Source: Takakia lepidozioides
Lineage: Eukaryota > Plantae > Bryophyta
Reading direction: 5' to 3'
Assembly: GCA_030704615.1 (NCBI GenBank)
Contig: CM060731.1
Location: 13,950,001 to 14,014,000, forward strand
DNA: 64,000 bases
Position numbers and translations under genes: made by a program. The notes under the pieces are model-generated. The model was not told the origin of the DNA, searched no databases, and saw only the letters and a list, made by a program, of their open reading frames with translations. Each line of letters begins with the position of its first letter. Within the stretch, counting starts at the first letter, position 1. Positions 60,570 to 64,000 of the stretch are shown piece by piece.

Positions 60570-63500
60570 ATGGCAGGGTCCAAACTCATGGTCCTGGACA
60601 GAGGTATGGTGGAAAAGGCACGGCTTTCATTGCGGCACCAGTTGCAAGCGGCTACCCGCAGTGTGAAATGGACGTATGCTGCCTTCTGGCAGCTCTCACC
60701 TGAACAGCAGTAAGTTAACCATCTCAACAAGCATTGCACTGATTGCCCTGTTCTTCGTCTACTAGGTCTCCAAAACTATATCGGGCTGTGGAGTAGAGCC
60801 TCCTTCCCTTTCCAATTTGTTCACCAATACAGATGGGGTCGATGGCGCCACCATACTTTGGCAACGAAGTCTCACAAATGCATTCTCTCTCCGACATCTC
60901 CCAAGGCCCAAGGGGCTCTTCACTAAACTGTCAATTGCCTACATCTTAGGTGAACTAGTCTCTAAGTGCATTCAATTACCATATATGAATACCTCGAACA
61001 ACACTGGAGGTGAATTTCCGAATTCTTGGTGGAGGTATCAGGCAGGTGGCATTTAGGGTTGTAAACATCTGAATTGTTTTCGAAAGTTGTCAAGGTAGCT
61101 GCTTAAAAGTCAGAATAACATGTGTTGGTAGTGTAAGGTGGCTATCAGATGGGTCATTGCTTAGTGTCCTGTTGGAGTATTTCTTATTCTTTGTTTACAG
61201 GGTGCTGGTGTGGGGCGATGGGTACTATAATGGAAGCATCAAAACCTGGAAAACAGTGCACACCAAAGAGCTGAGCCCTGAAGAATTCGGGATGCAACGC
61301 ACTCAGCAGCTACGAGATCTTTACAATACCTTGTCAACTGCCGGAAATGGCAACCAACCTCCCCGAAAGCCATCATCACTGGACCCGGAGGACTTGACTG
61401 AGACAGAGTGGTTCTACTTGGTTTGCATGTCTTCCTCATTTGCATCCGGCTCTGGGTAACTTCCCTATCAATTGTCTTGTCATATGTGCTGTTTTCTTGT
61501 CTTGCACAGATATGAATTTGCTTGTACCTATCTGGGACAACGACTTGTTATCTGAATTGCTCTACATACAGAAAAACTACCAGTGATAGACATTCCTAAG
61601 CTTTTCTATTCCTCAGACTCTTGATTTGGTAAGGATTGCATTTCTCAAAGTGGACCAGTGCAGAAGAATCCTGGATAGCAATATCTTCACTTGGTGCAAT
61701 CTCAGTATGCAGCTGTGTGATGTTGCTAGTTCTGCAATGGGCAATTGCAGGTTGCCAGGCAGAGCATTTGCAGAGGGGCGCTATGTGTGGCTCTGTGGGA
61801 CCAATGAAGCCAACACCAAAGTCTTCAATCGCTCCCTTCTTGCTAAGGTCTTTTCTAAGACTTGCTTGACCTCTAATTCTTTGATGTGCCTTCCACTTGA
61901 GAATCCTACTGGGATCATTAGTTCTTCATCTTCTTCCTTCAGCAAAGTTTGTCTCATGTAGCTACCTTTGATCCACGGATCATTGACAAGATTGCCAGTT
62001 CATCTCGGTTTTATGTCACAAGCTTATTGCGATGATCTCCTGCAGTGTCTTACGTGATTGCTTGTTGCAAAATGATGACGTGGATTCTATTGCTGTCTGG
62101 AAGTTTCAGTTTGTCAACTCACCGACTAAACCTCTGATGTGGGTTGTTGGGCATGTTGGCAATTCAAAAAATGGAGTGTGTAGACTGCTTGCATTCAGGT
62201 ACTCCTCATGAGTCAAGTGCTGTCTGTGTGTGCTGCTCTTCTTAGCAGTGGGTCTTGGCAGCTTTCACTAGATAGCCCCATGGTTAGGGTCATGGATTCA
62301 GATCATACAAAGCTCAGTGTGATACTTGGCTCATGGCCCCTGGTAGAGGATACTCTTGTTGGTCAGGTTAGGTCTGGATACTTGTCAGAGCTACATAGTG
62401 TATTAGTCACAAAATCATCAGCTAGGCTTGTAGAATGCGGAGGGACACCTAGATTGTTTATGATCTGCTCTCGACCTGCCTGTTCATGCCATCTGTGTAT
62501 AGAAAGAGGTTCTAACAGTGTAAGGGTGGTGCTTTGTGGGTGTAACAGACCGTTGTATGCATCCCGATATGTAAAGGTGTTCTTGAGCTCGGTACAACTG
62601 ATCTCGTAAGTGACCTTCATCCCTCCAAAAATTGATGGTCACTGAAATCAGGACTGGGCAGAAATTGACCGTTTACACCATCTTTTGAGCAGATAAAAGA
62701 GGATCCGACCCTGGTGCAGCACATTCGCACTTTCTTTGTGGAGCAACTGACGCCTGGTCACTCAGAGCATTCTGTATCCAGCCCTCAGATTCTTGACACA
62801 TCTGAACATTTACGTCAGCATCTAGGGCAGCCAAGAGGCAACGAGCATCCAAATTCAGCTGTACATGGAGAGAATCAACATGATCGCGACCCAGTAGTGC
62901 CTGCCTTCTCTGATGAAGCCAACACTGAAGGTCAGTGAGTCTACAGAGTATGTTTGCAGGTTGATACGATAGTCTGGAAAGATAATGCAGTGCATGCAGT
63001 GAGGCGGTGGTTATACGTTGGTTCTGTCCTTACACTCCAAGAGGTGTCAATTCTCATTTTTGGTATGCCTCATGACCAAAGCTTTTTAGAGATTTCTATG
63101 TGCAAAGGAATGAGTGTCCTTGCCAAGTCTTCAAGACAGTCAGGTTCGGGTCTAGAGTATTTTGTTGAGGTAAACATTTTTTCTCTTGTGTACCCTATTC
63201 TGTTCTGTGTGCAGAACGGGGAAAAAATCCAAACCAAGCCAAGTTCCTGAGCTTGAAAAGACCAGGGGAGGAGGCTGGTCCAAGCTTGCTGGAGGGCAGG
63301 AATAATTGGGCAGTGCTTGATACACAACGACCCCTGCGTCAGCTTATTACTCTGGGAGCCTCTCCAGATCCCTCCCAGCCATGGCCAATTACTCCAGACC
63401 AACGTGAGCAAGATTCGCAGGCACGGTGCAAGACAAAGCCTTTCAGTCTTGGACTCTTTGAAAGTATTGGGAACCTTAGAGAATGATCTCTTTTCTCCTG

Positions 63501-64000
63501 GTTTCTCATGCATTTAGGGAGCCTCCCTCATGATACCAAGATTGCCTCTTCTCAAGCAGGGAAAACTACCTTCACATGCTTCCTTTGACATGCCTTCACC
63601 TATCTTTTGAAAAAGAAATAGATTCTTTTTATAAATTAGATATCGAAAATTATTGAAAACTTACAGAAGCTTGCTTGCCAAGTTAGTCTTTTTTCCAGAG
63701 ACTCGGGTGATGTACAAGCAGTTTATCAGGATGTTTTGTGGCAATGATTCCAGGGTGCAGGGCTTTCCAATAAAGTGTCAACGGCCCATGCTTCGAGGGA
63801 CATGTTGATGTTGGGGTTGCGTCAACCTATTGAACCCTCGCTCCATAATGGGTCACAAAATACCCACTACTCTGGGTTACAGAGTTCCCCAACTCATTTA
63901 CAGCACAGTGGAGTAACAGAGGAACCTCTGCTCTCTTCTGCTGTACGTATATCCAACCTGTGTACCTTGGTTTAGGTCCTTGTCAATTTGCCATGCTACC
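60570..64000 (+). CDS. Spliced gene, bHLH subgroup IIIf (GL3/TT8/R-like), N-terminal part; continues beyond the window
   Basis: WTYAAFWQ | VLVWGDGYYNGSIKT...QRTQQLRDLY...LDPEDLTETEWFYLVCMS | LPGRAF...WL...FNRSLLAK | TVVCIP..GVLELGTT (bHLH-MYC_N). Start uncertain. Confidence 0.92.

Overview
Eukaryotic genomic DNA, most likely a non-seed land plant (inferred from intron-rich plant genes plus a Tcn1-like chromovirus). Positions ~1-34.4 kb are nested transposons; ~35-64 kb holds four ordinary spliced genes (At1g45150-like DUF4091 protein, mTERF9-like, DHHC palmitoyltransferase, bHLH subgroup IIIf). The main object is a very young Ty3/Gypsy-type retrotransposon at 17396-30102. (1) Its polyprotein carries a DNMT3-like C5 cytosine methyltransferase between protease and RT, and a PHD finger after a DDE integrase. 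(2) One in-frame TAG followed by the CARYYA readthrough context separates PR-DNMT from RT-RH-IN. (3) Its PBS is complementary to its own LTR (self-priming). (4) Its terminal repeats are split and permuted (A...B-A-B): the integration ends map to an internal palindrome GACA-GC-TGTC, as if a 2-LTR circle had been opened inside an LTR. Two degenerate copies in the window (1-4559, 33880-34429) end at the same internal sites, so this looks like a family property rather than an accident. Also present: a tRNA-bearing TRIM, an OTU/RPA-carrying Helitron, a Mutator transposase remnant, a hAT element with a palindromic subterminal array, and a MYND/DUF4470-like pseudogene. All alignments and motif calls were made by eye.
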